Below are positions 35,599 through 50,500 of a stretch of DNA of 64,000 nt, one piece after another. The DNA is taken from assembly GCA_039621445.1 (NCBI GenBank), contig CP154954.1, positions 34,073,737 through 34,137,736 on the forward strand, given 5' to 3'. The DNA is from Euglena gracilis. Its lineage: Eukaryota. A program made the position numbers and the translations under genes. The notes below the pieces were generated by a model. It was not told where the DNA came from, did not search any database, and worked only from the letters and a program-made list of their open reading frames with translations. Position 1 is the stretch's first letter. Each line of letters begins with the position of its first letter.

Positions 35599-38500
35599 GG
35601 CGTCCGTTACTTACGTGCTATTTTGCGCCTCCCGGGCGGTAACGGCTGCGTTTTACGCACGCCCGCCACGGCCAAAATTACGGCTATCTGCCCGCCGCCC
35701 TTCGCAACAGTTAGGTAAAGGATCGCCGGCCTCTAGCCGGGGCAGAGCGCCCGTTTTTGGAGCGCCGGCGCAGCCGATTTCGGCCAAAAACGGCCAAAAA
35801 TGACATTTTGGGGGGCGTCCGTTACTTACGTGCTATTTTGCGCCTCCCGGGCGGTAACGGCTGCGTTTTACGCACGCCCGCCACGGGCAAAATTACGGCT
35901 CTCCGCCCGCCGCCCTTCGCAACAGTTAGGTAAAGGATCGCCGACCTCTAGCCGGGGCAGAGCGCCCGTTTTTGGAGCGCCGGCGCAGCCGATTTCGGCC
36001 GAAAACGGCCAAAAAATGACGTTTTTGGGGGCGTCCGTTACTTACGTGCTATTTTGCGCCTCCCGGGCGGTAACGGCTGCGTTTTACGCACGCCCGCCAC
36101 GGGCAAAATTACGGCTATCCGCCCGCCGCCCTTCGCAACAGTTAGGTAAAGGATCGCCGACCTCTAGCCGGGGCAGAGCGCACGTTTTTGGAGCGCCGGC
36201 GCAGCCGATTTCGGCCGAAAACGGCCAAAAAATGACGTTTTTGGGGGCGTCCGTTACTTACGTGCTATTTTGCGCCTCCCGGGTGGTAACGGCTGCGTTT
36301 TACGCACGCCCGCCACGGGCAAAATTACGGTTATCCGCCCGCCGCCCTTCGCAACAGTTAGGTAAAGGATCGCCGACCTCTAGCCGGGGCAGAGCGCACG
36401 TTTTTGGAGCGCCGGCGCAGCCGATTTCGGCCGAAAACGGCCAAAAAATGACGTTTTTGGGGCCGTCCGTTACTTACGTGCTATTTTGCGCCTCCCGGGC
36501 GGTAACGGCTGCGTTTTACGCACGCCCGCCACGGGCAAACCCGCCCGCCGCCCTTCGCAACAGTTAGGTAAAGGATCGCCGACCTCTAGCCGGGGCAGAG
36601 CGCCCGTTCTTGGAGCGCCGGCGCAGCCGATTTCGGCCGAAAACGGCCAAAAAATGACGTTTTTGGGGGCGTCCGTTACTTACGTGCTATTTTGCGCCTC
36701 CCGGGCGGTAACGGCTGCGTTTTACGCACGCCCGCCACGGGCAAACATACGGCTATCCGCCCGCCGCCCTTCGCAACAGTTCGGTAAAGGATCGCCGACC
36801 TCTAGCCGGGGCAGAGCGCCCGTTTTTGGAGCGCCGGCGCAGCCGATTTCGGCCGAAAACGGCCAAAAAATGACGTTTTTGGGGGCGTCCGTTACTTACG
36901 TGCTATTTTGCGCCTCCCGGGCGGTAACGGCTGCGTTTTACGCACGCCCGCCACGGGCAAAATTACGGCTATCCGCCCGCCGCCCTTCGCAACAGTCAGG
37001 TAAAGGACCGCCGACCTCTAGCCGGGGCAGAGCGCCCGTTTTTGGAGCGCCGGCGCAGCCGATTTCGGCCGAAAACGGCCAAAAAATGACGTTTTTGGGG
37101 GCGTCCGTTACTTACGTGCTATTTTGCGCCTCCCGGGCGGTAACGGCTGCGTTTTACGCACGCCCGCCACGGGCAAACATACGGCTATCCGCCCGCCGCC
37201 CTTCGCAACAGTTAGGTAAAGGATCGCCGACCTCTAGCCGGGGCAGAGCGCCCGTTTTTGGAGCGCCGGCGCAGCCGATTTCGGCCGAAAACGGCCAAAA
37301 AATGACGTTTTTGGGGGCGTCCGTTACTTACGTGCTATTTTGCGCCTCCCGGGCGGTAACGGCTGCGTTTTACGCACGCCCGCCACGGGCAAAATTACGG
37401 CTATCCGCCCGCCGCCCTTCGCAACAGTCAGGTAAAGGATCGCCGACCTCTAGCCGGGGCAGAGCGCACGTTTTTGGAGCGCCGGCGCAGCCGATTTCGG
37501 CCGAAAACGGCCAAAAAATGACGTTTTTGGGGGCGTCCGTTACTTACGTGCTATTTTGCGCCTCCCGGGCGGTAACGGCTGCGTTTTACGCACGCCCGCC
37601 ACGGGCAAAATTACGGCTCTCCGCCCGCCGCCCTTCGCAACAGTTAGGTAAAGGATCGCCGACCTCTAGCCGGGGCAGAGCGCCCGTTTTTGGAGCGCCG
37701 GCACAGCCGATTTCGGCCGAAAACGGCCAAAAAATGACGTTTTTGGGGGCGTCCGTTACTTACGTGCTATTTTGCGCCTCCCGGGCGGTAACGGCTGCGT
37801 TTTACGCACGCCCGCCAGGGGCCAAATTACGGCTATCCGCCCGCCGCGGGCAAACATATGGCTATCCGCCCGCCGCCCTTCGCAACAGTTCGGTAAAGGA
37901 TTGCCGACCTCTAGCCGAGGCAGAGCGCCCGTTTTTGGAGCGCCTGCGCAGCCGATTTCGGCCGAAAACGGCCAAAAAATGACGTTTTTGGGGGCGTTCG
38001 TTGCTTACGTGCTATTTTGAGCCTCCCGGGCGGTAACGGCTGCGTTTTACGCACGCCCGCCACGGGCAAAATTACGGCTATCCGCCCGCCGCCCTTCGCC
38101 ACAGTTAGGTAAAGCATCGCCGACCTCTAGCCGGGGCAGAGCGCCCGTTTTTGGAGCGCCGGCGCAGCCGATTTCGGCCGAAAACGGCCAAAAAATGACG
38201 TTTTTGGGGGCGTCCGTTACTTACGTGCTATTTTGCGCCTCCCGGGCGGTAACGGCTGCGTTTTACGCACGCCCGCCACGGGCAAACATACGGCTATCCA
38301 CCCGCCGCCCTTCGCAACAGTTCAGTAAAGGATCGCCGACCTCTAGCCGGGGCAGAGCGCCCGTTTTTGGAGCGCCGGCGCAGCCGATTTCGGCCGAAAA
38401 CGGCCAAAAAATGACGTTTTTGGGGGCGTCCGTTACTTACGTGCTATTTTGAGCCTCCCGGGCGGTAACGGCTGCGTTTTACGCACGCCCGCCACGGGCA

Positions 38501-41500
38501 AAATTACGGCTATCCGCCCGCCCTTCGCAACAGTTAGGTAAAGCATCGCCGACCTCTAGCCGGGGCAGAGCGCCCGTTTTTGGAGCGCCGGCGCAGCCGA
38601 TTTCGGCCGAAAACGGCCAAAAAATGACGTTTTTGGGGGCGTCCGTTACTTACGTGCTATTTTGCGCCTCCCGGGCGGTAACGGCTGCGTTTTACGCACG
38701 CCCGCCACGGGCAAAATTACGGCTATCCGCCGCCGCCCTTCGCAACAGTTAGGTAAAGGATCGCCGACCTCTAGCCGGGGCAGAGCGCCCGTTTTTGGAG
38801 CGCCGGCGCAGCCGATTTCGGCCGAAAACGGCCAAAAAATGACGTTTTTGGGGGCGTCCGTTACTTACGTGCTATTTTGCGCCTCCCGGGCGGTAACGGC
38901 TGCGTTTTACGCACGCCCGCCACGGGCAAAATTACGGCTATCCGCCCGCCGCCCTTCGCAACAGTTAGGTAAAGGATCGCCGACCTCTAGCCGGGGCAGA
39001 GCGCCCGTTTTTGGAGCGCCGGCGCAGCCGATTTCGGCCGAAAACGGCCAAAAAATGACGTTTTTGGGGGCGTCCGTTACTTACGTGCTATTTTGCGCCT
39101 CCCGGGCGGTAACGGCTGCGTTTTACGCACGCCCGCCACGGGCAAAATTACGGCTATCCGCCCGCCGCCCTTCGCAACAGTTAGGTAAAGGATCGCCGAC
39201 CTCTAGCCGGGGCAGAGCGCCCGTTTTTGGAGCGCCGGCGCAGCCGATTTCGGCCGAAAACGGCCAAAAAATGACGTTTTTGGGGGCGTCCGTTACTTAC
39301 GTGCTATTTTGCGCCTCCCGGGCGGTAACGGCTGCGTTTTACGCACGCCCGCCACGGGCAAAATTACGGCTATCCGCCCGCCGCCCTTCGCAACAGTTAG
39401 GTAAAGGATCGCCGACCTCTAGCCGGGGCAGAGCGCCCGTTTTTGGAGCGCCGGCGCAGCCGATTTCGGCCGAAAACGGCCAAAAAATGACGTTTTTGGG
39501 GGCGTCCGTTACTTACGTGCTATTTTGCGCCTCCCGGGCGGTAACGGCTGCGTTTTACGCACGCCCGCCACGGGCAAAATTACGGCTATCCGCCCGCCGC
39601 CCTTCGCAACAGTTAGGTAAAGGATCGCCGACCTCTAGCCGGGGCAGAGCGCCCGTTTTTGGAGCGCCGGCGCAGCCGATTTCGGCCGAAAACGGCCAAA
39701 AAATGACGTTTTTGGGGGCGTCCGTTACTTACGTGCTATTTTGCGCCTCCCGGGCGGTAACGGCTGCGTTTTACGCACGCCCGCCACGGGCAAAATTACG
39801 GCTATCCGCCCGCCGCCCTTCGCAACAGTTAGGTAAAGGATCGCCGACCTCTAGCCGGGGCAGAGCGCCCGTTTTTGGAGCGCCGGCGCAGCCGATTTCG
39901 GCCGAAAACGGCCAAAAAATGACGTTTTTGGGGGCGTCCGTTACTTACGTGCTATTTTGCGCCTCCCGGGCGGTAACGGCTGCGTTTTACGCACGCCCGC
40001 CACGGGCAAAATTACGGCTATCCGCCCGCCGCCCTTCGCAACAGTTAGGTAAAGGATCGCCGACCTCTAGCCGGGGCAGAGCGCCCGTTTTTGGAGCGCC
40101 GGCGCAGCCGATTTCGGCCGAAAACGGCCAAAAAATGACGTTTTTGGGGGCGTCCGTTACTTACGTGCTATTTTGCGCCTCCCGGGCGGTAACGGCTGCG
40201 TTTTACGCACGCCCGCCACGGGCAAAATTACGGCTATCCGCCCGCCGCCCTTCGCAACAGTTAGGTAAAGGATCGCCGACCTCTAGCCGGGGCAGAGCGC
40301 CCGTTTTTGGAGCGCCGGCGCAGCCGATTTCGGCCGAAAACGGCCAAAAAATGACGTTTTTGGGGGCGTCCGTTACTTACGTGCTATTTTGCGCCTCCCG
40401 GGCGGTAACGGCTGCGTTTTACGCACGCCCGCCACGGGCAAAATTACGGCTATCCGCCCGCCGCCCTTCGCAACAGTTAGGTAAAGGATCGCCGACCTCT
40501 AGCCGGGGCAGAGCGCCCGTTTTTGGAGCGCCGGCGCAGCCGATTTCGGCCGAAAACGGCCAAAAAATGACGTTTTTGGGGGCGTCCGTTACTTACGTGC
40601 TATTTTGCGCCTCCCGGGCGGTAACGGCTGCGTTTTACGCACGCCCGCCACGGGCAAAATTACGGCTATCCGCCCGCCGCCCTTCGCAACAGTTAGGTAA
40701 AGGATCGCCGACCTCTAGCCGGGGCAGAGCGCCCGTTTTTGGAGCGCCGGCGCAGCCGATTTCGGCCGAAAACGGCCAAAAAATGACGTTTTTGGGGGCG
40801 TCCGTTACTTACGTGCTATTTTGCGCCTCCCGGGCGGTAACGGCTGCGTTTTACGCACGCCCGCCACGGGCAAAATTACGGCTATCCGCCCGCCGCCCTT
40901 CGCAACAGTTAGGTAAAGGATCGCCGACCTCTAGCCGGGGCAGAGCGCCCGTTTTTGGAGCGCCGGCGCAGCCGATTTCGGCCGAAAACGGCCAAAAAAT
41001 GACGTTTTTGGGGGCGTCCGTTACTTACGTGCTATTTTGCGCCTCCCGGGCGGTAACGGCTGCGTTTTACGCACGCCCGCCACGGGCAAAATTACGGCTA
41101 TCCGCCCGCCGCCCTTCGCAACAGTTAGGTAAAGGATCGCCGACCTCTAGCCGGGGCAGAGCGCCCGTTTTTGGAGCGCCGGCGCAGCCGATTTCGGCCG
41201 AAAACGGCCAAAAAATGACGTTTTTGGGGGCGTCCGTTACTTACGTGCTATTTTGCGCCTCCCGGGCGGTAACGGCTGCGTTTTACGCACGCCCGCCACG
41301 GGCAAAATTACGGCTATCCGCCCGCCGCCCTTCGCAACAGTTAGGTAAAGGATCGCCGACCTCTAGCCGGGGCAGAGCGCCCGTTTTTGGAGCGCCGGCG
41401 CAGCCGATTTCGGCCGAAAACGGCCAAAAAATGACGTTTTTGGGGGCGTCCGTTACTTACGTGCTATTTTGCGCCTCCCGGGCGGTAACGGCTGCGTTTT

Positions 41501-44500
41501 ACGCACGCCCGCCACGGGCAAAATTACGGCTATCCGCCCGCCGCCCTTCGCAACAGTTAGGTAAAGGATCGCCGACCTCTAGCCGGGGCAGAGCGCCCGT
41601 TTTTGGAGCGCCGGCGCAGCCGATTTCGGCCGAAAACGGCCAAAAAATGACGTTTTTTGGGGGCGTCCGTTACTTACGTGCTATTTTGCGCCTCCCGGGC
41701 GGTAACGGCTGCGTTTTACGCACGCCCGCCACGGGCAAAATTACGGCTATCCGCCCGCCGCCCTTCGCAACAGTTAGGTAAAGGATCGCCGACCTCTAGC
41801 CGGGGCAGAGCGCCCGTTTTTGGAGCGCCGGCGCAGCCGATTTCGGCCGAAAACGGCCAAAAAATGACGTTTTTGGGGGCGTCCGTTACTTACGTGCTAT
41901 TTTGCGCCTCCCGGGCGGTAACGGCTGCGTTTTACGCACGCCCGCCACGGGCAAAATTACGGCTATCCGCCCGCCGCCCTTCGCAACAGTTAGGTAAAGG
42001 ATCGCCGACCTCTAGCCGGGGCAGAGCGCCCGTTTTTGGAGCGCCGGCGCAGCCGATTTCGGCCGAAAACGGCCAAAAAATGACGTTTTTGGGGGCGTCC
42101 GTTACTTACGTGCTATTTTGCGCCTCCCGGGCGGTAACGGCTGCGTTTTACGCACGCCCGCCACGGGCAAAATTACGGCTATCCGCCCGCCGCCCTTCGC
42201 AACAGTTAGGTAAAGGATCGCCGACCTCTAGCCGGGGCAGAGCGCCCGTTTTTGGAGCGCCGGCGCAGCCGATTTCGGCCGAAAACGGCCAAAAAATGAC
42301 GTTTTTGGGGGCGTCCGTTACTTACGTGCTATTTTGCGCCTCCCGGGCGGTAACGGCTGCGTTTTACGCACGCCCGCCACGGGCAAAATTACGGCTATCC
42401 GCCCGCCGCCCTTCGCAACAGTTAGGTAAAGGATCGCCGACCTCTAGCCGGGGCAGAGCGCCCGTTTTTGGAGCGCCGGCGCAGCCGATTTCGGCCGAAA
42501 ACGGCCAAAAAATGACGTTTTTGGGGGCGTCCGTTACTTACGTGCTATTTTGCGCCTCCCGGGCGGTAACGGCTGCGTTTTACGCACGCCCGCCACGGGC
42601 AAAATTACGGCTATCCGCCCGCCGCCCTTCGCAACAGTTCGGTAAAGGATCGCCGACCTCTAGCCGGGGCAGAGCGCCCGTTTTTGGAGCGCCGGCGCAG
42701 CCGATTTCGGCCGAAAACGGCCAAAAAATGACGTTTTTGGGGGCGTCCGTTACTTACGTGCTATTTTGCGCCTCCCGGGCGGTAACGGCTGCGTTTTACG
42801 CACGCCCGCCACGGGCAAAATTACGGCTATCCGCCCGCCGCCCTTCGCAACAGTTAGGTAAAGGATCGCCGACCTCTAGCCGGGGCAGAGCGCCCGTTTT
42901 TGGAGCGCCGGCGCAGCCGATTTCGGCCGAAAACGGCCAAAAAATGACGTTTTTGGGGGCGTCCGTTACTTACGTGCTATTTTGCGCCTCCCGGGCGGTA
43001 ACGGCTGCGTTTTACGCACGCCCGCCACGGGCAAAATTACGGCTATCCGCCCGCCGCCCTTCGCAACAGTTAGGTAAAGGATCGCCGACCTCTAGCCGGG
43101 GCAGAGCGCCCGTTTTTGGAGCGCCGGCGCAGCCGATTTCGGCCGAAAACGGCCAAAAAATGACGTTTTTGGGGGCGTCCGTTACTTACGTGCTATTTTG
43201 CGCCTCCCGGGCGGTAACGGCTGCGTTTTACGCACGCCCGCCACGGGCAAAATTACGGCTATCCGCCCGCCGCCCTTCGCAACAGTTAGGTAAAGGATCG
43301 CCGACCTCTAGCCGGGGCAGAGCGCCCGTTTTTGGAGCGCCGGCGCAGCCGATTTCGGCCGAAAACGGCCAAAAAATGACGTTTTTGGGGGCGTCCGTTA
43401 CTTACGTGCTATTTTGCGCCTCCCGGGCGGTAACGGCTGCGTTTTACGCACGCCCGCCACGGGCAAAATTACGGCTATCCGCCCGCCGCCCTTCGCAACA
43501 GTTAGGTAAAGGATCGCCGACCTCTAGCCGGGGCAGAGCGCCCGTTTTTGGAGCGCCGGCGCAGCCGATTTCGGCCGAAAACGGCCAAAAAATGACGTTT
43601 TTGGGGGCGTCCGTTACTTACGTGCTATTTTGCGCCTCCCGGGCGGTAACGGCTGCGTTTTACGCACGCCCGCCACGGGCAAAATTACGGCTATCCGCCC
43701 GCCGCCCTTCGCAACAGTTAGGTAAAGGATCGCCGACCTCTAGCCGGGGCAGAGCGCCCGTTTTTGGAGCGCCGGCGCAGCCGATTTCGGCCGAAAACGG
43801 CCAAAAATGACGTTTTTGGGGGCGTCCGTTACTTACGTGCTATTTTGCGCCTCCCGGGCGGTAACGGCTGCGTTTTACGCACGCCCGCCACGGGCAAAAT
43901 TACGGCTATCCGCCCGCCGCCCTTCGCAACAGTTAGGTAAAGGATCGCCGACCTCTAGCCGGGGCAGAGCGCCCGTTTTTGGAGCGCCGGCGCAGCCGAT
44001 TTCGGCCGAAAACGGCCAAAAAATGACGTTTTTGGGGGCGTCCGTTACTTACGTGCTATTTTGCGCCTCCCGGGCGGTAACGGCTGCGTTTTACGCACGC
44101 CCGCCACGGGCAAAATTACGGCTATCCGCCCGCCGCCCTTCGCAACAGTTAGGTAAAGGATCGCCGACCTCTAGCCGGGGCAGAGCGCCCGTTTTTGGAG
44201 CGCCGGCGCAGCCGATTTCGGCCGAAAACGGCCAAAAAATGACGTTTTTGGGGGCGTCCGTTACTTACGTGCTATTTTGCGCCTCCCGGGCGGTAACGGC
44301 TGCGTTTTACGCACGCCCGCCACGGGCAAAATTACGGCTATCCGCCCGCCGCCCTTCGCAACAGTTAGGTAAAGGATCGCCGACCTCTAGCCGGGGCAGA
44401 GCGCCCGTTTTTGGAGCGCCGGCGCAGCCGATTTCGGCCGAAAACGGCCAAAAAATGACGTTTTTGGGGGCGTCCGTTACTTACGTGCTATTTTGCGCCT

Positions 44501-47500
44501 CCCGGGCGGTAACGGCTGCGTTTTACGCACGCCCGCCACGGGCAAAATTACGGCTATCCGCCCGCCGCCCTTCGCAACAGTCGGTAAAGCATCGCCGACC
44601 TCTAGCCGGGGCAGAGCGCCCGTTTTTGGAGCGCCGGCGCAGCCGATTTCGGCCGAAAACGGCCAAAAAATGACGTTTTTGGGGGCGTCCGTTACTTACG
44701 TGCTATTTTGCGCCTCCCGGGCGGTAACGGCTGCGTTTTACGCACGCCCGCCACGGGCAAAATTACGGCTATCCGCCCGCCGCCCTTCGCAACAATCAAG
44801 TAAAGGATCGCCGACCTCTAGCCGGGGCAGAGCGCACGTTTTTGGAGCGCCGGCGCAGCCGATTTCGGCCGAAAACGGCCAAAAAATGACGTTTTTGGGG
44901 GCGTCCGTTACTTACGTGCTATTTTGCGCCTCCCGGGCGGTAACGGCTGCGTTTTACGCACGCCCGCCACGGGCAAAATTACGGCTATCCGCCCGCCGCC
45001 CTTCGCAACAGTTAGGTAAAGGATCGCCGACCTCTAGCCGGGGCAGAGCGCCCGTTTTTGGAGCGCCGGCGCAGCCGATTTCGGCCGAAAACGGCCAAAA
45101 AATGACGTTTTTGGGGGCGTCCGTTACTTACGTGCTATTTTGCGCCTCCCGGGCGGTAACGGCTGCGTTTTACGCACGCCCGCCACGGGCAAAATTACGG
45201 CTATCCGCCCGCCGCCCTTCGCAACAGTTAGGTAAAGGATCGCCGACCTCTAGCCGGGGCAGAGCGCCCGTTTTTGGAGCGCCGGCGCAGCCGATTTCGG
45301 CCGAAAACGGCCAAAAAATGACGTTTTTGGGGGCGTCCGTTACTTACGTGCTATTTTGCGCCTCCCGGGCGGTAACGGCTGCGTTTTACGCACGCCCGCC
45401 ACGGGCAAAATTACGGCTATCCGCCCGCCGCCCTTCGCAACAGTTAGGTAAAGGATCGCCGACCTCTAGCCGGGGCAGAGCGCCCGTTTTTGGAGCGCCG
45501 GCGCAGCCGATTTCGGCCGAAAACGGCCAAAAAATGACGTTTTTGGGGGCGTCCGTTACTTACGTGCTATTTTGCGCCTCCCGGGCGGTAACGGCTGCGT
45601 TTTACGCACGCCCGCCACGGGCAAAATTACGGCTATCCGCCCGCCGCCCTTCGCAACAGTTAGGTAAAGGATCGCCGACCTCTAGCCGGGGCAGAGCGCC
45701 GTTTTTGGAGCGCCGGCGCAGCCGATTTCGGCCGAAAACGGCCAAAAAATGACGTTTTTGGGGGCGTCCGTTACTTACGTGCTATTTTGCGCCTCCCGGG
45801 CGGTAACGGCTGCGTTTTACGCACGCCCGCCACGGGCAAAATTACGGCTATCCGCCCGCCGCCCTTCGCAACAGTTAGGTAAAGGATCGCCGACCTCTAG
45901 CCGGGGCAGAGCGCCCGTTTTTGGAGCGCCGGCGCAGCCGATTTCGGCCGAAAACGGCCAAAAAATGACGTTTTTGGGGGCGTCCGTTACTTACGTGCTA
46001 TTTTGCGCCTCCCGGGCGGTAACGGCTGCGTTTTACGCACGCCCGCCACGGGCAAAATTACGGCTATCCGCCCGCCGCCCTTCGCAACAGTTAGGTAAAG
46101 GATCGCCGACCTCTAGCCGGGGCAGAGCGCCCGTTTTTGGAGCGCCGGCGCAGCCGATTTCGGCCGAAAACGGCCAAAAAATGACGTTTTTGGGGGCGTC
46201 CGTTACTTACGTGCTATTTTGCGCCTCCCGGGCGGTAACGGCTGCGTTTTACGCACGCCCGCCACGGGCAAAATTACGGCTATCCGCCCGCCGCCCTTCG
46301 CAACAGTTAGGTAAAGGATCGCCGACCTCTAGCCGGGGCAGAGCGCCCGTTTTTGGAGCGCCGGCGCAGCCGATTTCGGCCGAAAACGGCCAAAAAATGA
46401 CGTTTTTGGGGGCGTCCGTTACTTACGTGCTATTTTGCGCCTCCCGGGCGGTAACGGCTGCGTTTTACGCACGCCCGCCACGGGCAAAATTACGGCTATC
46501 CGCCCGCCGCCCTTCGCAACAGTTAGGTAAAGGATCGCCGACCTCTAGCCGGGGCAGAGCGCCCGTTTTTGGAGCGCCGGCGCAGCCGATTTCGGCCGAA
46601 AACGGCCAAAAAATGACGTTTTTGGGGGCGTCCGTTACTTACGTGCTATTTTGCGCCTCCCGGGCGGTAACGGCTGCGTTTTACGCACGCCCGCCACGGG
46701 CAAAATTACGGCTATCCGCCCGCCGCCCTTCGCAACAGTTAGGTAAAGGATCGCCGACCTCTAGCCGGGGCAGAGCGCCCGTTTTTGGAGCGCCGGCGCA
46801 GCCGATTTCGGCCGAAAACGGCCAAAAAAAATGACGTTTTTGGGGGCGTCCGTTACTTACGTGCTATTTTGCGCCTCCCGGGCGGTAACGGCTGCGTTTT
46901 ACGCACGCCCGCCACGGGCAAAATTACGGCTATCCGCCCGCCGCCCTTCGCAACAGTTAGGTAAAGGATCGCCGACCTCTAGCCGGGGCAGAGCGCCCGT
47001 TTTTGGAGCGCCGGCGCAGCCGATTTCGGCCGAAAACGGCCAAAAAATGACGTTTTTGGGGGCGTCCGTTACTTACGTGCTATTTTGCGCCTCCCGGGCG
47101 GTAACGGCTGCGTTTTACGCACGCCCGCCACGGGCAAAATTACGGCTATCCGCCCGCCGCCCTTCGCAACAGTTAGGTAAAGGATCGCCGACCTCTAGCC
47201 GGGGCAGAGCGCCCGTTTTTGGAGCGCCGGCGCAGCCGATTTCGGCCGAAAACGGCCAAAAAATGACGTTTTTGGGGGCGTCGGTTATTTACGTGCTATT
47301 TTGCGCCTCCCGGGCGGTAACGGCTGCGTTTTACGCACGCCCGCCACGGGCAAAATTACGGCTATCCGCCCGCCGCCCTTCGCAACAGTTAGGTAGGTAA
47401 AGGATCGCCGACCTCTAGCCGGGGCAGAGCGCCCGTTTTTGGAGCGCCGGCGCAGCCGATTTCGGCCGAAAACGGCCAAAAAATGACGTTTTTGGGGGCG

Positions 47501-50500
47501 TCCGTTACTTACGTGCTATTTTGCGCCTCCCGGGCGGTAACGGCTGCGTTTTACGCACGCCCGCCACGGGCAAAATTACGGCTATCCGCCCGCCGCCCTT
47601 CGCAACAGTTAGGTAAAGGATCGCCGACCTCTAGCCGGGGCAGAGCGCCCGTTTTTGGAGCGCCGGCGCAGCCGATTTCGGCCGAAAACGGCCAAAAAAT
47701 GACGTTTTTGGGGGCGTCCGTTACTTACGTGCTATTTTGCGCCTCCCGGGCGGTAACGGCTGCGTTTTACGCACGCCCGCCACCGGCAAAATTACGGCTA
47801 TCCGCCCGCCGCCCTTCGCAACAGTTAGGTAAAGGATCGCCGACCTCTAGCCGGGGCAGAGCGCCCGTTTTTGGAGCGCCGGCGCAGCCGATTTCGGCCG
47901 AAAACGGCCAAAAAATGACGTTTTTGGGGGCGTCCGTTACTTACGTGCTATTTTGCGCCTCCCGGGCGGTAACGGCTGCGTTTTACGCACGCCCGCCACG
48001 GGCAAAATTACGGCTATCCGCCCGCCGCCCTTCGCAACAGTTAGGTAAAGGATCGCCGACCTCTAGCCGGGGCAGAGCGCCCGTTTTTGGAGCGCCGGCG
48101 CAGCCGATTTCGGCCGAAAAACGGCCAAAAAATGACGTTTTTGGGGGCGTCCGTTACTTACGTGCTATTTTGCGCCCCCCGGGCGGTAACGGCTGCGTTT
48201 TACGCCCGCCACGGGCAAAATTACGGCTATCCGCCCGCCGCCCTTCGCAACAGTTAGGTAAAGGATCGCCGACCTCTAGCCGGGGCAGAGCGCCCGTTTT
48301 TGGAGCGCCGGCGCAGCCGATTTCGGCCGAAAACGGCCAAAAAATGACGTTTTTGGGGGCGTCCGTTACTTACGTGCTATTTTGCGCCTCCCGGGCGGTA
48401 ACGGCTGCGTTTTACGCACGCCCGCCACGGGCAAAATTACGGCTATCCGCCCGCCGCCCTTCGCAACAGTTAGGTAAAGGATCGCCGACCTCTAGCCGGG
48501 GCAGAGCGCCCGTTTTTGGAGCGCCGGCGCAGCCGATTTCGGCCGAAAACGGCCAAAAAATGACGTTTTTGGGGGCGTCCGTTACTTACGTGCTATTTTG
48601 CGCCTCCCGGGCGGTAACGGCTGCGTTTTACGCACGCCCGCCACGGGCAAAATTACGGCTATCCGCCCGCCGCCCTTCGCAACAGTTAGGTAAAGGATCG
48701 CCGACCTCTAGCCGGGGCAGAGCGCCCGTTTTTGGAGCGCCGGCGCAGCCGATTTCGGCCGAAAACGGCCAAAAAATGACGTTTTTGGGGGCGTCCGTTA
48801 CTTACGTGCTATTTTGCGCCTCCCGGGCGGTAACGGCTGCGTTTTACGCACGCCCGCCACGGGCAAAATTACGGCTATCCGCCCGCCGCCCTTCGCAACA
48901 GTTAGGTAAAGGATCGCCGACCTCTAGCCGGGGCAGAGCGCCCGTTTTTGGAGCGCCGGCGCAGCCGATTTCGGCCGAAAACGGCCAAAAAATGACGTTT
49001 TTGGGGGCGTCCGTTACTTACGTGCTATTTTGCGCCTCCCGGGCGGTAACGGCTGCGTTTTACGCACGCCCGCCACGGGCAAAATTACGGCTATCCGCCC
49101 GCCGCCCTTCGCAACAGTTAGGTAAAGGATCGCCGACCTCTAGCCGGGGCAGAGCGCCCGTTTTTGGAGCGCCGGCGCAGCCGATTTCGGCCGAAAACGG
49201 CCAAAAAATGACGTTTTTGGGGGCGTCCGTTACTTACGTGCTATTTTGCGCCTCCCGGGCGGTAACGGCTGCGTTTTACGCACGCCCGCCACGGGCAAAA
49301 TTACGGCTATCCGCCCGCCGCCCTTCGCAACAGTTAGGTAAAGGATCGCCGACCTCTAGCCGGGGCAGAGCGCCCGTTTTTGGAGCGCCGGCGCAGCCGA
49401 TTTCGGCCGAAAACGGCCAAAAAATGACGTTTTTGGGGGCGTCCGTTACTTACGTGCTATTTTGCGCCTCCCGGGCGGTAACGGCTGCGTTTTACGCACG
49501 CCCGCCACGGGCAAAATTACGGCTATCCGCCCGCCGCCCTTCGCAACAGTTAGGTAAAGGATCGCCGACCTCTAGCCGGGGGAGAGCGCCCGTTTTTGGA
49601 GCGCCGGCGCAGCCGATTTCGGCCGAAAACGGCCAAAAAATGACGTTTTTGGGGGCGTCCGTTACTTACGTGCTATTTTGCGCCTCCCGGGCGGTAACGG
49701 CTGCGTTTTACGCACGCCCGCCACGGGCAAAATTACGGCTATCCGCCCGCCGCCCTTCGCAACAGTTAGGTAAAGGATCGCAACCTCTAGCCGGGGCAGA
49801 GCGCCCGTTTTTGGAGCGCCGGCGCAGCCGATTTCGGCCGAAAACGGCCAAAAAATGACGTTTTTGGGGGCGTCCGTTACTTACGTGCTATTTTGCGCCT
49901 CCCGGGCGGTAACGGCTGCGTTTTACGCACGCCCGCCACGGGCAAAATTACGGCTATCCGCCCGCCGCCCTTCGCAACAGTTAGGTAAAGGATCGCCGAC
50001 CTCTAGCCGGGGCAGAGCGCCCGTTTTTGGAGCGCCGGCGCAGCCGATTTCGGCCGAAAACGGCCAAAAAATGACGTTTTTGGGGGCGTCCGTTACTTAC
50101 GTGCTATTTTGCGCCTCCCGGGCGGTAACGGCTGCGTTTTACGCACGCCCGCCACGGGCAAAATTACGGCTATCCGCCCGCCGCCCTTCGCAACAGTTAG
50201 GTAAAGGATCGCCGACCTCTAGCCGGGGCAGAGCGCCCGTTTTTGGAGCGCCGGCGCAGCCGATTTCGGCCGAAAACGGCCAAAAAATGACGTTTTTGGG
50301 GGCGTCCGTTACTTACGTGCTATTTTGCGCCTCCCGGGCGGTAACGGCTGCGTTTTACGCACGCCCGCCACGGGCAAAATTACGGCTATCCGCCCGCCGC
50401 CCTTCGCAACAGTTAGGTAAAGGATCGCCGACCTCTAGCCGGGGCAGAGCGCCCGTTTTTGGAGCGCCGGCGCAGCCGATTTCGGCCGAAAACGGCCAAA

